A stretch of 64,000 nucleotides of DNA, from NCBI GenBank assembly GCA_041690395.1, contig JAWLHJ010000001.1, forward strand, positions 640,001-704,000. Reading direction: 5' to 3'. A model generated the notes under the pieces. The model was given only the letters and a program-made list of their open reading frames with translations, was not told the origin of the DNA and did not search any database. Shown one piece after another: positions 54,727 to 64,000 of the stretch. This DNA comes from Longimicrobiales bacterium (GTDB taxonomy: Bacteria > Gemmatimonadota > Gemmatimonadetes > Longimicrobiales > Gaopeijiaceae). Every line of letters begins with the position of its first letter. The stretch's first letter is position 1. Position numbers and translations under genes: made by a program.

Positions 54727-55323
54727 TCAGGCCTCGCCGGCCGCCGAGACGATGACCACGCTGTTCGTCTGCCCGAAGCCGTCGTCCACCTGCGAGACCG
54801 CGTGCGGATCGGGCCGCCACTCGGTGCCGTCGACGATGAACGTGTACTGGTAGACACCCGGCTCCAGGGGCACGTCCACGGTCCAGACGCCCGTGCCCCG
54901 CTGATCCTCGAGCCGCACGCCCTCCGGATCCCAGGACACGAAGTCGCCGGTCATGCGTACCGAGCTCGCGCCGGGCGCGACGAAGACGAAGCGGGTGACG
55001 TGGTCGGCGGCGGGCATCTGCCGGCCCGCGGCTACCGCCACTCCGTCTCCGGACGTCGGTCCGACCGGATTCACCTCAGCGGGGTCTCCGCGAAGGAGGA
55101 GCACCAGGGCGAGACCGGCGAACGCCAGCCCCCCCGCGGTCACGGGCGTCATCTGGACGGTCCGGGGCCGCAGAAGCCAGTCCATTGCACGCTTCCATAC
55201 CGGGTCCGGGATCTCCCTCACCCGATCCATGACGTTCGCTCTGAGCTCGGGCGGAGCGCGGAAGTCCTCCCGCAGCTGGCCGAGCACGTCGCGCACGCGT
55301 GCGTCCCGATCGTTGTCGTTCAT
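54727..55323 (-). CDS. Putative anti-sigma factor: short cytoplasmic domain, one TM, extracytoplasmic CBM48/AMPK-type domain
   Basis: ATGA overlap with the sigma gene; APPELRANVMDRV anti-sigma-like helix; TM; FVFVAPGASSVRMTGDFVSW...GVWTV..PLEPGVYQYTFIVDG..W.PDP...DDGFGQTNSVV. Confidence 0.85.
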   Translation of the reverse strand: MNDNDRDARVRDVLGQLREDFRAPPELRANVMDRVREIPDPVWKRAMDWLLRPRTVQMTPVTAGGLAFAGLALVLLLRGDPAEVNPVGPTSGDGVAVAAGRQMPAADHVTRFVFVAPGASSVRMTGDFVSWDPEGVRLEDQRGTGVWTVDVPLEPGVYQYTFIVDGTEWRPDPHAVSQVDDGFGQTNSVVIVSAAGEA

Positions 55324-55883
55324 CGTTCCACCTCCACGAAGAGGGGGGCGAGCACGCGCTCCAGGGCGTCCCGTCCCCGCTTGAGCCGCATCTTGACCGC
55401 GGAGCTGGATGCTCCCGTCAGCTCCTCGATCTCGGCCACCGAATATCCTTCCAGGTACATCAGGACCAACGCCTCGCGCTGGTCGGCCGGCACCTCGTCC
55501 AACGCCTCCCGGACCCGGTCGCGGGTCAACGCATCGTCCAACCGTTCCTCGGGACCCGGGAGCTCGGAACGGAGCCCCGGTTGATGATCCTCCAGCGGCT
55601 CCGCCTTCTTGCTCGCCGTCCGCGTCGCCGCGGTCCGGCACAGGTTGCTCACGATCCGGAAGAGCCATCCGCCGAAGCGCTCGGGGTCTCCGCAGCGACG
55701 CAGGTGCCGGAACGCTCGCACGAACCCGTCCTGTACGATGTCCATCGCCTCGTCGGGTCCGAATCCCATGTGCCTCGCATAGGCCATCATGCGGTCCTGA
55801 TGCCGATCGACCAGAGTCCCGAACGCCTCCCGATCGCCCGAGAGGACTCGCGCCACGACGTCTGCGTCGGATGTTTGGCTCAT
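55320..55883 (-). CDS. ECF RNA polymerase sigma factor
   Basis: DADVVARVLSGDREAFGTLVDRHQ, AMDIVQDGFVRAF, FGGWLFRIVSN, QREALVL...EGYSVAEI...SAVKMRLKRGR. Confidence 0.93.
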   Translation of the reverse strand: MSQTSDADVVARVLSGDREAFGTLVDRHQDRMMAYARHMGFGPDEAMDIVQDGFVRAFRHLRRCGDPERFGGWLFRIVSNLCRTAATRTASKKAEPLEDHQPGLRSELPGPEERLDDALTRDRVREALDEVPADQREALVLMYLEGYSVAEIEELTGASSSAVKMRLKRGRDALERVLAPLFVEVER

Positions 55884-55968
55884 GGGCCGAATGTGGCCTA
55901 CGACGGCCGGGTCCGCACCCCCTTCCGGGGCACGAACCCGACCGGTCGTCGGCCTCGGACGGGTCGGG

Positions 55969-56883
55969 TTACGACCCGCTCGGTACGAGCGTGAAGTCGA
56001 CACCCGTCTCTTCCTCGCCATCCACCAGCTCCACGGAGGTCTCCGCCGGATCGGCGGTCAGACCCTCACCGGCGTCGTCGATCGACACGGCGTACGCCCC
56101 CGGGACCAGGAAGTGGATCGTGTAGTCACCATTCTCGTCGGTCACCGCAGTGCCGGTCTGGCTCTGGTACTCCTCGAGTGAGCCCTCGTCGGTCGGCTCG
56201 GCCGTGACGACCAGCCCGGCGATCGACGCGCCCTCGACGGTCGTCGAGACGGTGCCTGAGACGCTCGCGGCCACGTCCTGCACGACCACGCGAATGGTGG
56301 GCTTGAAGAGGATGTCGTTGATGCCGGCCGCGGCTTCGGGGTCACCCTGGATCACGAAGCTCTGGTTGACGTCGAAGTCCAGAATCAGCACGGTCTCGCC
56401 GGCGGCGATGGTCACCGGACCGCCGTGGTCATCACCGGCGCTGCCGGCCAGGTTCAGCTTGATACCCGTCTGGGCGCCGCTCGGGACGAACAGGCTCTTC
56501 GAGGTCGATCCGTCGTCGAACGTGTACCCCTCGGCCAGCGCCACCCGGGCCTCCTCCACGATCAGGCGCAGCTGGTTGTAGTCGCCGGCGGGAATGTCCG
56601 CGTCCGCCAGCAGCGTGGTGGCGGTCCCCTGCAGGTCGAGCAGATCGACGAAGCCGTCGGTGCCGTCGACGGAGAGGACCACGGGGCCTCCGTCACCGGC
56701 GGGGATCAGCTCCACCGCGCCGATGTCGACCCAGGCCGAGTCGACGTAGTCCGACGGCGCGTCCGTCAACAGCACGCGCACCGAAGCGTCACCATCGACG
56801 CCGACGCCGTCACCGCAGGCGGCGAGGCCGGTCGCGAGAAGAAGGGTGGCGCCGAGCAGCTTGGCGAGTTTCGTACCGAACAT
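55969..56883 (-). CDS. DUF4382 family lipoprotein with C-terminal carboxypeptidase-regulatory-like domain
   Basis: LAAC lipobox; VLLTDAP, DLLDL, PAGDYNQLRL, VPSGAQTGIKL, LDFDVNQS, KPTI; TDENGDY...LVPGAY. Confidence 0.88.
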   Translation of the reverse strand: MFGTKLAKLLGATLLLATGLAACGDGVGVDGDASVRVLLTDAPSDYVDSAWVDIGAVELIPAGDGGPVVLSVDGTDGFVDLLDLQGTATTLLADADIPAGDYNQLRLIVEEARVALAEGYTFDDGSTSKSLFVPSGAQTGIKLNLAGSAGDDHGGPVTIAAGETVLILDFDVNQSFVIQGDPEAAAGINDILFKPTIRVVVQDVAASVSGTVSTTVEGASIAGLVVTAEPTDEGSLEEYQSQTGTAVTDENGDYTIHFLVPGAYAVSIDDAGEGLTADPAETSVELVDGEEETGVDFTLVPSGS

Positions 56884-56944
56884 GTGTGATCTCCTGGAAC
56901 TTCAAGACGTAAGGTCGTGCTCGATGTCGTTCGGGGGTTCGTCT

Positions 56945-56974
56945 TGAACACTCACCCGGCGTAGAGTTGGTCAC
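56945..56974 (-). promoter_or_regulatory. Putative ECF sigma promoter GTGACC-N15-GAGTGTTCA
   Basis: 61 nt upstream of the DUF4382 ATG; identical boxes and spacing to 52799-52828. Confidence 0.7.
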
Positions 56975-57008
56975 ATATGCACCAGCTGCATCAGCCCAGG
57001 AAGCCGAC

Positions 57009-57527
57009 ATGATCGACGCAGCGCCCGAGCCCGAGGGTTTCGACGTCTCAGACGTACGCACGTCCTCCCCGGACCTGCACGGCGCCGTGCGCCGCGCGCG
57101 TTGGATCAGTCGCGTGCTCGACGACCTGGTCCGTGTTCCCGGAACGGAGCGGCGGATCGGGCTCGATCCGTTCTTCGGGCTGCTGCCCGGGCTCGGTGAC
57201 TGGGTGCCGCTGCTGGTCTCCTTCGACCTGTTGGTGTCCGCGGCGCGTCTCGGGGCCGGGTCCGCCGTCCTCGCGCGTATGCTCGGCAACATCGTGCTCG
57301 ACGCCCTGATCGGGACCGTTCCGCTCGCCGGCGACCTGTTCGATCTGGGGTGGAAGGCAAATCGCCGGAATCTGGCGCTCCTCGAGGACGTCGTGGCCGA
57401 CCGCGACGGGACCCGCCGTCGCAGCCGCAGGCTGGTCGGGGCGGTGCTGGCCGGTGCGGCGGCCGTGGTGCTCGCGGGCGTGTGGGCCGGATGGGTCGTC
57501 CTGCGCTGGTTGATCGGGGTTCTCTGA
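57009..57527 (+). CDS. DUF4112 family membrane protein
   Basis: LDDLVRVPGT..RIGLDP..GLLPGLGD, RMLGNIVLDALIGTVPLAGDLFDLGWKANRRN. Confidence 0.9.
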   Translation: MIDAAPEPEGFDVSDVRTSSPDLHGAVRRARWISRVLDDLVRVPGTERRIGLDPFFGLLPGLGDWVPLLVSFDLLVSAARLGAGSAVLARMLGNIVLDALIGTVPLAGDLFDLGWKANRRNLALLEDVVADRDGTRRRSRRLVGAVLAGAAAVVLAGVWAGWVVLRWLIGVL

Positions 57528-57738
57528 GGTATCCCCGGCGGTGGCCGCGGCCCGCGGGCCTGATTCCAACCCGCCGGGGCCCGCCGGAGTCCGATGTGTT
57601 GCGAGCCGTCGGGTCCTCGCAGTGCGTCGGGCCCGTTCCCAACTGTTCCGAAACCGGGACGCCGCTCGGCTCGTATACATAAGAGTTATATGGGTATGAC
57701 TTCGATGGCCCGCTGACCATCGACCCGGGGACCTGAAC

Positions 57739-58077
57739 ATGGCCGACACTTCGATGGAGCTCCTCAAGGGGACGCTCGACATCCTGATCCTCAAGACCCT
57801 CAGCCGGGGGGCGATGCACGGCTACGGGGTCTCGCGCTCCCTGCGGGACACGAGTCGTGACGCGTTCCAGGTCCAGGAGGGCGCCCTGTATCCGGCGCTC
57901 AGACGCCTCGAGGGGCGGGGCCTGCTGGAGTCCCGCTGGGACACGACCGACACCGGGCGTGAGGCCAAGTTCTACACGCTGACCCCGGAGGGAGAGCAGG
58001 AGCTCGAGCGGAGCGTGCGGTCCTGGCGGAGCTACGTGGAGGCGATGGCGCAGGTGCTGGGAGGCGCCGAAGCGTGA
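57739..58077 (+). CDS. PadR family transcriptional regulator
   Basis: [37 protein letters not shown]. Confidence 0.95.
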   Translation: MADTSMELLKGTLDILILKTLSRGAMHGYGVSRSLRDTSRDAFQVQEGALYPALRRLEGRGLLESRWDTTDTGREAKFYTLTPEGEQELERSVRSWRSYVEAMAQVLGGAEA

Positions 58078-60746
58078 GTGACGGGCGGTCGAGGGGTGGG
58101 AGAAGAGGCGGGCGGGGCGGGGTGATCGGGCCTTCGGTCCGCGAGGACGTGGACCGGGAGATCCGGGCGCACCTCGCGCTCCGGACCGAGGAGCTCAGGG
58201 CGGAGGGATGGTCCGGGGAGGAGGCGGCCCGCGAGGCCGAGCGGCTCTTCGGGAACGTGGGGGAGGTGGCGGCGAGCTGCCGTAGGATCACCGAACGACA
58301 ACGACGAGTGGAAAGGAGGACGGGGATGTGGGAGGCGATCGTTCAGGACATGCGGTACGGGCTCAGAACCTTGATCAAGGCGCCGGAGTTCGCGCTTGTC
58401 GCGGTGCTGACCCTGGGGCTCGGGATCGGAGCGAACACGGCGATCTTCTCGGTCGTCGACAGCGTGCTCCTCGACCCGCTTCCCTACGAGGAGCCGGAGG
58501 ACATCCTCTGGGTGCGTGAGCGCAACACGTTCGGGAACCCCATGTACGTGGCGTGGGCGAACTTCGAGGACTGGCGGGTGGAGCAGGGAAGCTTCGGCTC
58601 GCTGGCCGCCTACAACTTCGGGACGACCACCGTTCTGGGTGGGGAGCAGCCGTTGGTCGGGCAGGTGAGCCGGGTCACTGCGGACCTCTGGCCCGTGTTT
58701 CGGGCGAGTGCCGCACGCGGTCGCCTTACGGCCCCCGCTGACCACGAGCCGGGCGCCGAGCCCGTGGGCGTCGTGAGCGAGCGCTTCTGGGCCAACGATC
58801 TGGCCGGAGCGCCGCTCGACGACCTCTTCCTCGAGGTGAGCGGAACGCGCCACCGCATCGTAGGCGTGGCCGCGGACGGCTTCGAGTTCCCGGCCGAGAC
58901 CGACGTGTGGGTCCCGGTGGCCGAGGATCAGCAATCGACGTATCGCTCGTCTCACAACTGGGAAGTGGTCGGGCGGCTGGCGGACGGGACGGCGCCGGAG
59001 GCCGCCACCGAAGAGATGGAGGCGCTTACGTTGCGCCTCGTCCAGACGAGCGAGGACTATCCCTCGGAGTACCTGGCGACCGGCGTGGTGACGCGGACGC
59101 TTCACGAGCAGCTCGTCGGCAACTCGCGGCGGCCGCTGCTCCTGTTGCTCGGCGCGGCGGGCCTGGTCCTCCTGGTCGCGTGCACCAATCTGGCGAGCAC
59201 CCTGCTCGCGCGGGGGGCGACTCGCTCCCGTGAGCTCGCCGTCCGGTCGTCGCTCGGGGCTCCCCGCACACGGATCGCACGGCAGCTCCTCACGGAGAGC
59301 GCGCTTCTGGCCGGAGCGGGGACGGCTCTGGGGCTCGGCATCGCGTATGCCGTGCTGACCGGGCTGCGGGCGCTGGGGCCCGAAGCGGTGCCGCGGCTCG
59401 ACGAGGTAGGGATCGACGGCACCGTGCTGATGTACGCCACCGGGATCGCCGCGCTCACCGTGCTCGGCTTCGGGCTCCTTCCAGCCCGGCGGCTCAGCAG
59501 GACCGACGCCGGCGAGGCCCTTCGCGAGGGCAGTCGAGGAAATGCAGGAGATCGACGCGCCACGATCTGGCGGGTCCTCGTCGCCGGCGAGGTCGCGCTC
59601 GCTCTGTTCCTCCTGGTCGCTTCGGGGCTCGTCGTGCGCTCATTCCAACAGCTCCTCCGGGAGGATGCCGGGTTCGACGCGGAGGATGTCACCACCCTGA
59701 CCATGAGTCTGTCCCCGGCGAAGTATCCGACGCCGGAGCAGCACGTGGCCTGGCACCGCACGTTCATCGAAGAAGCGGAGGCGCTCCCCGGAGTGTCGGC
59801 CGCGGGCTTCATCAGCTCGGTTCCCATGCGCGGCTTCTTTCCGACGGGTCGCATGGAGCTGGACGGCGACCTGGAGAAGTATGCGGACGCAGGATACGTG
59901 CTCGCCGACGCGGGCGCGTTGGAGGCGCTCGACGTCCCGTTGCTGCGCGGCCGCCTCTTCGACGAGCGCGACGGACCCGACGGGGTCCATGTCGCGGTGG
60001 TGAGTCAGAGCTTCGCCGACCAGTATTGGCCGGGCGAGGACCCCATCGGAAAGACCGTAACGGGAGGGGGCATGGATGATCTCTGGGAGGAGCGTCCCTT
60101 CTCGGAAGTGATCGGTGTGGTGGGAGACGTACGGTACCGGGGCCTCGATCGGGAGCCCGCGCCCACCGTCTACTTCCACTACTCCCAGCGTCCGTTCAGG
60201 GCCCAGTACTCGGCCTACGTCCTGGTGGAGGCTGAGACCGGTGACCCGGCTGTCCTGACCGCCCCGCTCCGTGCGACACTCCAGCGGTTGGACTCGGACG
60301 TGCCTCCGCGGATCGAGGCGCTCGACGCGACGGTGCGTGCGTCGGTCGCGCCGGAGCGGTTCACGATGCTCCTGCTCGGCGGGTTCGCCCTGCTGGCGCT
60401 CGTGCTCGCCGGGGCCGGCATCTACGGCGTCGTCTCCTACCAGGTGGCCCAGCGGACACGGGAGATGGGGATCCGGCTCGCGCTCGGTGGCGCACCGGGA
60501 GCCGTGCGACGCATGGTCGTCGGACAGTCGCTCGGGGTCGTGGCCATCGGCCTCGTGATCGGCGTCGCCGGCGTAGTGGCCGGTGGCCGCGTGGTCCGGG
60601 CGCTCCTCTACGGGATCGAGCCCACGGACCCGGTGAGCCTCGCGGGGGCGGTGCTCGTCCTGGGCGGAGCCGCGTGGCTGGCGAGCTGGATCCCGGCGGC
60701 ACGTGGCACCCGGGTCGACCCGATGATCACCATGCGGGCGGATTAG
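58074..60746 (+). CDS. Duplicated MacB/FtsX-type ABC permease (ADOP family)
   Basis: [11 protein letters not shown] prefix, [78 protein letters not shown]; coupled to PadR. Confidence 0.93.
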   Translation: MSDGRSRGGRRGGRGGVIGPSVREDVDREIRAHLALRTEELRAEGWSGEEAAREAERLFGNVGEVAASCRRITERQRRVERRTGMWEAIVQDMRYGLRTLIKAPEFALVAVLTLGLGIGANTAIFSVVDSVLLDPLPYEEPEDILWVRERNTFGNPMYVAWANFEDWRVEQGSFGSLAAYNFGTTTVLGGEQPLVGQVSRVTADLWPVFRASAARGRLTAPADHEPGAEPVGVVSERFWANDLAGAPLDDLFLEVSGTRHRIVGVAADGFEFPAETDVWVPVAEDQQSTYRSSHNWEVVGRLADGTAPEAATEEMEALTLRLVQTSEDYPSEYLATGVVTRTLHEQLVGNSRRPLLLLLGAAGLVLLVACTNLASTLLARGATRSRELAVRSSLGAPRTRIARQLLTESALLAGAGTALGLGIAYAVLTGLRALGPEAVPRLDEVGIDGTVLMYATGIAALTVLGFGLLPARRLSRTDAGEALREGSRGNAGDRRATIWRVLVAGEVALALFLLVASGLVVRSFQQLLREDAGFDAEDVTTLTMSLSPAKYPTPEQHVAWHRTFIEEAEALPGVSAAGFISSVPMRGFFPTGRMELDGDLEKYADAGYVLADAGALEALDVPLLRGRLFDERDGPDGVHVAVVSQSFADQYWPGEDPIGKTVTGGGMDDLWEERPFSEVIGVVGDVRYRGLDREPAPTVYFHYSQRPFRAQYSAYVLVEAETGDPAVLTAPLRATLQRLDSDVPPRIEALDATVRASVAPERFTMLLLGGFALLALVLAGAGIYGVVSYQVAQRTREMGIRLALGGAPGAVRRMVVGQSLGVVAIGLVIGVAGVVAGGRVVRALLYGIEPTDPVSLAGAVLVLGGAAWLASWIPAARGTRVDPMITMRAD

Positions 60747-60795
60747 GCGCGGAGTGGGGAGAGAGCCGGTGCGGCCATCCCGGTGCGCGCCGCGC

Positions 60796-61728
60796 TCAGC
60801 CTCCGATCAGCCGTTCGCTCAACTCACGGAGCCGCTCCCGGGCGGCGGCGTCGTAGGCCTGAGCGTGGGCACGGGCGGGCTCCTGTCCGTCGAAATAGCG
60901 GCCCGTGCCCACGTCGGCATCCAGCACGAGCCGGAGCAGGGCGTCCCGTCCCTCCTCGACGGTGGCCCGTGGCCTTACGCCCGCTTCCCGCACCATGTCC
61001 GTGTCCATGAGCGTCGCCGGGTGGAGCGCGTTCACGGACACGCCGCTCCCCTCGAGCGATTCCGCGAGGTCGAACGTGAACAGGATCTGGGCCAGCTTGC
61101 TCTGCCCGTAGGCCCGGCCGCCGCTGTAGCCGCTCTCCAGCATGACGTCGTCGAAGTCGATCTCCGTCTGGGCGACGGAGGCGACGTTCACGATTCGCGC
61201 GGGGGTGGAGCGCCGGAGGAGCGGCAGGAGCGCGTGGGTGAGTTGGTACCCGGCGAGGTAGTTCACGTGGAAGGACAGCTCGTGCCCGTCGGCGCTCGTG
61301 CGGCGGGTGTCGTCGCCCGTCAGCCAGATCCCGGCGTTGTTCACGAGGACGTCGAGCCGCTCGAAGTCACGCAGGACGGCGTCGGCCAGCCGGCCGGTCT
61401 CGTCCACCGAGGCCAGATCGGCGGCGTAGAAGGTCGCCGAGCCCGGCCCGGCTTCGATCTCCTCGACCACGCGGCGCCCCCGTTCGGTGTCGCGCCCGTG
61501 CACGATCACGTGCCACCCCCGCTCTCCCAACGCGAGCGCCGTCGCCTGTCCGAGCCCACTGGTGGATCCGGTGATCATCGCGATGCCTCGGCCCTCGAGG
61601 GCCTCCGGCTCGGGTGCGGCTGTGTCGGGCATGATGGTCTGGGCTCCGGTGCGGGCGGGGGAGGCGATCAGCAGCGCGGCGAGCGCGACGGCCGAGATCA
61701 CGGCGCGCGTAGCGGGGAGCGGTCTCAC
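60796..61728 (-). CDS. Short-chain dehydrogenase/reductase with signal-peptide-like N-terminus
   Basis: ITGSTSGLG, LDVLVNNAG, RIVNVAS, YGQSK; GGAGG RBS before GTG 61728. Confidence 0.9.
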   Translation of the reverse strand: MRPLPATRAVISAVALAALLIASPARTGAQTIMPDTAAPEPEALEGRGIAMITGSTSGLGQATALALGERGWHVIVHGRDTERGRRVVEEIEAGPGSATFYAADLASVDETGRLADAVLRDFERLDVLVNNAGIWLTGDDTRRTSADGHELSFHVNYLAGYQLTHALLPLLRRSTPARIVNVASVAQTEIDFDDVMLESGYSGGRAYGQSKLAQILFTFDLAESLEGSGVSVNALHPATLMDTDMVREAGVRPRATVEEGRDALLRLVLDADVGTGRYFDGQEPARAHAQAYDAAARERLRELSERLIGG

Positions 61729-61909
61729 TTGTGACCTCCCGGGCGGGATCTGGGTATGCGGAAGGGGCCACGGGTTCGACCCCGGCCGGGAGTGCAAGGT
61801 CCATGGAGGGACTGGCGCGGTCACCAGGATCTCCGCGAGCGTCGGGCGAAGCAGGCGCTATACTTTTCGAAGCGATCCAACACAGATTTCGAGGACGAGG
61901 AAAGGGACG

Positions 61910-63646
61910 ATGACGAGAGGTGTGACGACACACGGGAAGGTCGGATTCCGCGGCGGCGCGATCCGGGTTCGGCTCTTCGGGGCCATGACGGCATTGGTGG
62001 TGGTTTCCGCCTGCTCGACCGCGCCGCCTTCGGAGCCACCCTCGGCCCAGCCCCCCGCCACCTCCGCCGCCGTCGAGACCGAGCGTCTCGAGACGATGCT
62101 GTACGCATTGGCCCACGATTCCATGATGGGGCGTGAGGCCGGCACCGAGGGGCACCGTCGGGCCGTGCGCTACCTCGAGGATCGTGCTCGGGCCTTCGGC
62201 CTCGAGCCGGCGGGCGAGAACGGCACGTACCTGCAGGAGGTGCCGATCGTCCGGCGCGGCATGCGCTCCACGCTACGTGATCCGTCCGGTCCCATCGAGG
62301 TCGGGCCCGACTTCGCGCCCCTCGTGCTCGAGGACCTGAACTCACCGGCGTCGCTCGACTTCACGGGCCTTCCGGTCGTCTACGGGGGCGACATGGCGGG
62401 GCCGAACGAGATCTCCGCCGAGGAAGGCACGGGCAAGATCGTGGTGCTCGGTGCGGCCCGCGGCCCCGAGGGTCGGGCGTTCGGCCTGGTGGGCCCGACG
62501 CTGCAGAAGCTGCAGGGAGCGGCCGCGGTTCTCATGGCCTCGAACGACTACGCGGACTCGGAGATCCTCGAGTTCCTGCTCGAGCCGCAGGTGACGCTCG
62601 ACGAGGGGGACGACGCGGAGCCCGAAGCGGGCGAAGGGCCCCTGCTCGCGTTCGTGTCGGAAGCACTCGTGGAGCGCCTCTTCGGCGAAGGCGTGGATGC
62701 GCTGCAGGCCGGCACGGAGGGGCCCGCGCTGACGGGGACCGTCGAGCCCAGCGAGGTGCCGGTCGACGTCCCGACCTACAACGTGGTGGCGCGCATCCCG
62801 GGAAGCGATCCCGCGCTGCGGGACGAGCACGTGGTCCTCTCGGCGCATAGCGACCACGTCGGCCTCAGCCGGCCGCCGCTTCCGCACGACTCGCTGCGTG
62901 CCTACCTCGAGGTCGTACGCCCGGGCGGAGCGGAGGACCCCGAGCGGGAGCCGACGCCTGAGGAGGCGGAGCGGATCCGGGCGATCCTGGCCGAGCGGGG
63001 CCGGAGCAACCGGCCGGACTCCATCAACAACGGTGCCGACGACGATGCGAGCGGGAGCGTGGCCCTCCTCGAGATCGGACGGGTGATCGCCGCCTCGGCC
63101 GAGCGTCCGCGCCGATCGGTACTCCTGGTGTGGCACACCGCCGAGGAGGGTGGACTCCTCGGCGCCCGCTACTACACCGACAACCCGACCGTGCCGCGCG
63201 AGCAGATGGTCACGACCGTGAACATCGACATGATCGGGCGGGGCACGGTCGAAGACACGGAGCTCGGCGGCCCCGGGTATATGCAGCTCATCGGCAGCCG
63301 CCGGCTCTCCACGCAGCTCGGCGACCTGGTCGAGGAGGTGAACCAGCGTGGAGGGCACGGCTTCGACTTCGACTATCAGTACGACGCCGAAGGGCATCCG
63401 CAGCAGTTCTACTGCCGGAGCGACCACTACATGTACGCCCGTTACGGCATCCCGGTGGTCTTCATGAGCACGGGAGGGCACCGCGACTACCACCAGCGGA
63501 CCGACGAGGCCCAGTACATCGATTACGACAAGCTGACGAGCGTGTCGGCGTTCGTGCACGACCTCGTGACCGACGTCGCCGACCTCGGCGAACGGCCCCT
63601 CGTGGACGGTCCGGTTCCGGACCCGAACGCTCCGTGTCAGCAGTAG
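61910..63646 (+). CDS. M28 family peptidase, lipoprotein
   Basis: VSAC lipobox; LAHDSMMGR, NVVARIPGSD, SAHSDH, NGADDDASG, TAEEGGLLG, NIDMIGR, RSDH, DYHQ..D. Confidence 0.92.
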   Translation: MTRGVTTHGKVGFRGGAIRVRLFGAMTALVVVSACSTAPPSEPPSAQPPATSAAVETERLETMLYALAHDSMMGREAGTEGHRRAVRYLEDRARAFGLEPAGENGTYLQEVPIVRRGMRSTLRDPSGPIEVGPDFAPLVLEDLNSPASLDFTGLPVVYGGDMAGPNEISAEEGTGKIVVLGAARGPEGRAFGLVGPTLQKLQGAAAVLMASNDYADSEILEFLLEPQVTLDEGDDAEPEAGEGPLLAFVSEALVERLFGEGVDALQAGTEGPALTGTVEPSEVPVDVPTYNVVARIPGSDPALRDEHVVLSAHSDHVGLSRPPLPHDSLRAYLEVVRPGGAEDPEREPTPEEAERIRAILAERGRSNRPDSINNGADDDASGSVALLEIGRVIAASAERPRRSVLLVWHTAEEGGLLGARYYTDNPTVPREQMVTTVNIDMIGRGTVEDTELGGPGYMQLIGSRRLSTQLGDLVEEVNQRGGHGFDFDYQYDAEGHPQQFYCRSDHYMYARYGIPVVFMSTGGHRDYHQRTDEAQYIDYDKLTSVSAFVHDLVTDVADLGERPLVDGPVPDPNAPCQQ

Positions 63647-64000
63647 GGATCCTCGTGCGCGACCTCCGGCCGGACGACTGGCCGGAGGTCCGCCGCATCT
63701 ACGAGGAAGGGATCGCCACCGGCAACGCGACCTTCGAGGCGGAGCCGCCGACCTGGGAGACGTTCGACGCGGGTCGGCTGCGCGCTCCCCGGCTCGTGGC
63801 CGAGGACCCGAGCGGCGTCGTGTTGGGGTGGGCCGTCCTCAGCCCGGTGTCGTCCCGCTGCGTCTACGGCGGGGTCGCCGAGGTGAGCGTGTACGTTGCG
63901 GTCGACGCCCGTGGCCGAGGAGTGGGCACGCAACTGCTCGGAGCGCTCGTCGAGCGGTCGGAGGCGGAGGGGCTCTGGACGCTCCAGGCCGGGATCTTCC
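63634..64000 (+). CDS. GNAT N-acetyltransferase (phosphinothricin acetyltransferase-like), truncated by window end
   Basis: Not in ORF track; manual translation DWPEVRRIYEEGIATGNATFE...VSSRCVYGGVAEVSVYV...RGRGVG...WTLQAGIF. Confidence 0.9.
   Translation, partial: MSAVGILVRDLRPDDWPEVRRIYEEGIATGNATFEAEPPTWETFDAGRLRAPRLVAEDPSGVVLGWAVLSPVSSRCVYGGVAEVSVYVAVDARGRGVGTQLLGALVERSEAEGLWTLQAGIF

Noticed and set aside
57674..57696. AT-rich imperfect palindrome upstream of padR as an operator
   Set aside because: Plausible position, but the symmetry is too imperfect to call from one copy.
57739..60746. Permease without ATPase as a novel system
   Set aside because: PadR plus duplicated orphan permease (ADOP) is an already recognised arrangement.
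1..64000. Mobile elements, prophage, rRNA/tRNA, anti-phage operons
   Set aside because: No transposase, integrase, phage structural or RNA-gene signatures recognised; the STAND ATPase carries a DNA-binding BTAD module and reads as a regulator, not a defence NTPase.

Overview
Very GC-rich, gene-dense bacterial chromosomal segment with about 50 CDS. No rRNA, tRNA, CRISPR array, transposase or integrase was recognised. The gene repertoire (M14/M28/M19 secreted peptidases, PadR plus a duplicated orphan permease, ATPase-TPR-BTAD regulator, DUF4382 and Ig-repeat lipoproteins) suggests a Gemmatimonadota-like organism; this is an inference. Content in order: a 2-oxoacid:ferredoxin oxidoreductase operon with a GltD-like flavoprotein; a vWA protein; a solute-binding protein coupled to a hybrid kinase; an SSS transporter with an LLM monooxygenase; a run of amidases and peptidases; a cold-shock gene; glpD; orphan kinases; a MATE transporter; a K+ channel; yceI; PadR-ADOP; an SDR; an M28 peptidase; a GNAT. 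Two loci stand out. (1) 35499-40198 (-): a translationally coupled operon encoding a double-RHH VapB-like protein, then a PIN(VapC)-REC-degenerate GGDEF-REC fusion whose PIN lacks one catalytic Asp, then a membrane HEAT protein and a processive GT2 synthase. It sits under a leaderless-type promoter with a palindromic operator and looks like a toxin-antitoxin module domesticated into a polysaccharide signalling operon. (2) 51943-56974 (-): an ECF sigma factor, a CBM48-bearing anti-sigma, a CBM48-bearing beta-barrel, two paralogous secreted proteins and a DUF4382 lipoprotein, with an identical promoter-like motif GTGACC-N15-GAGTGTTCA at both ends. Also seen: a decayed comEC-like pseudogene, two probable non-canonical start codons, putative direct-repeat operators flanking the BTAD regulator, and a 23-bp-arm structured intergenic element. 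All family assignments come from motif recognition by eye, not database searches.
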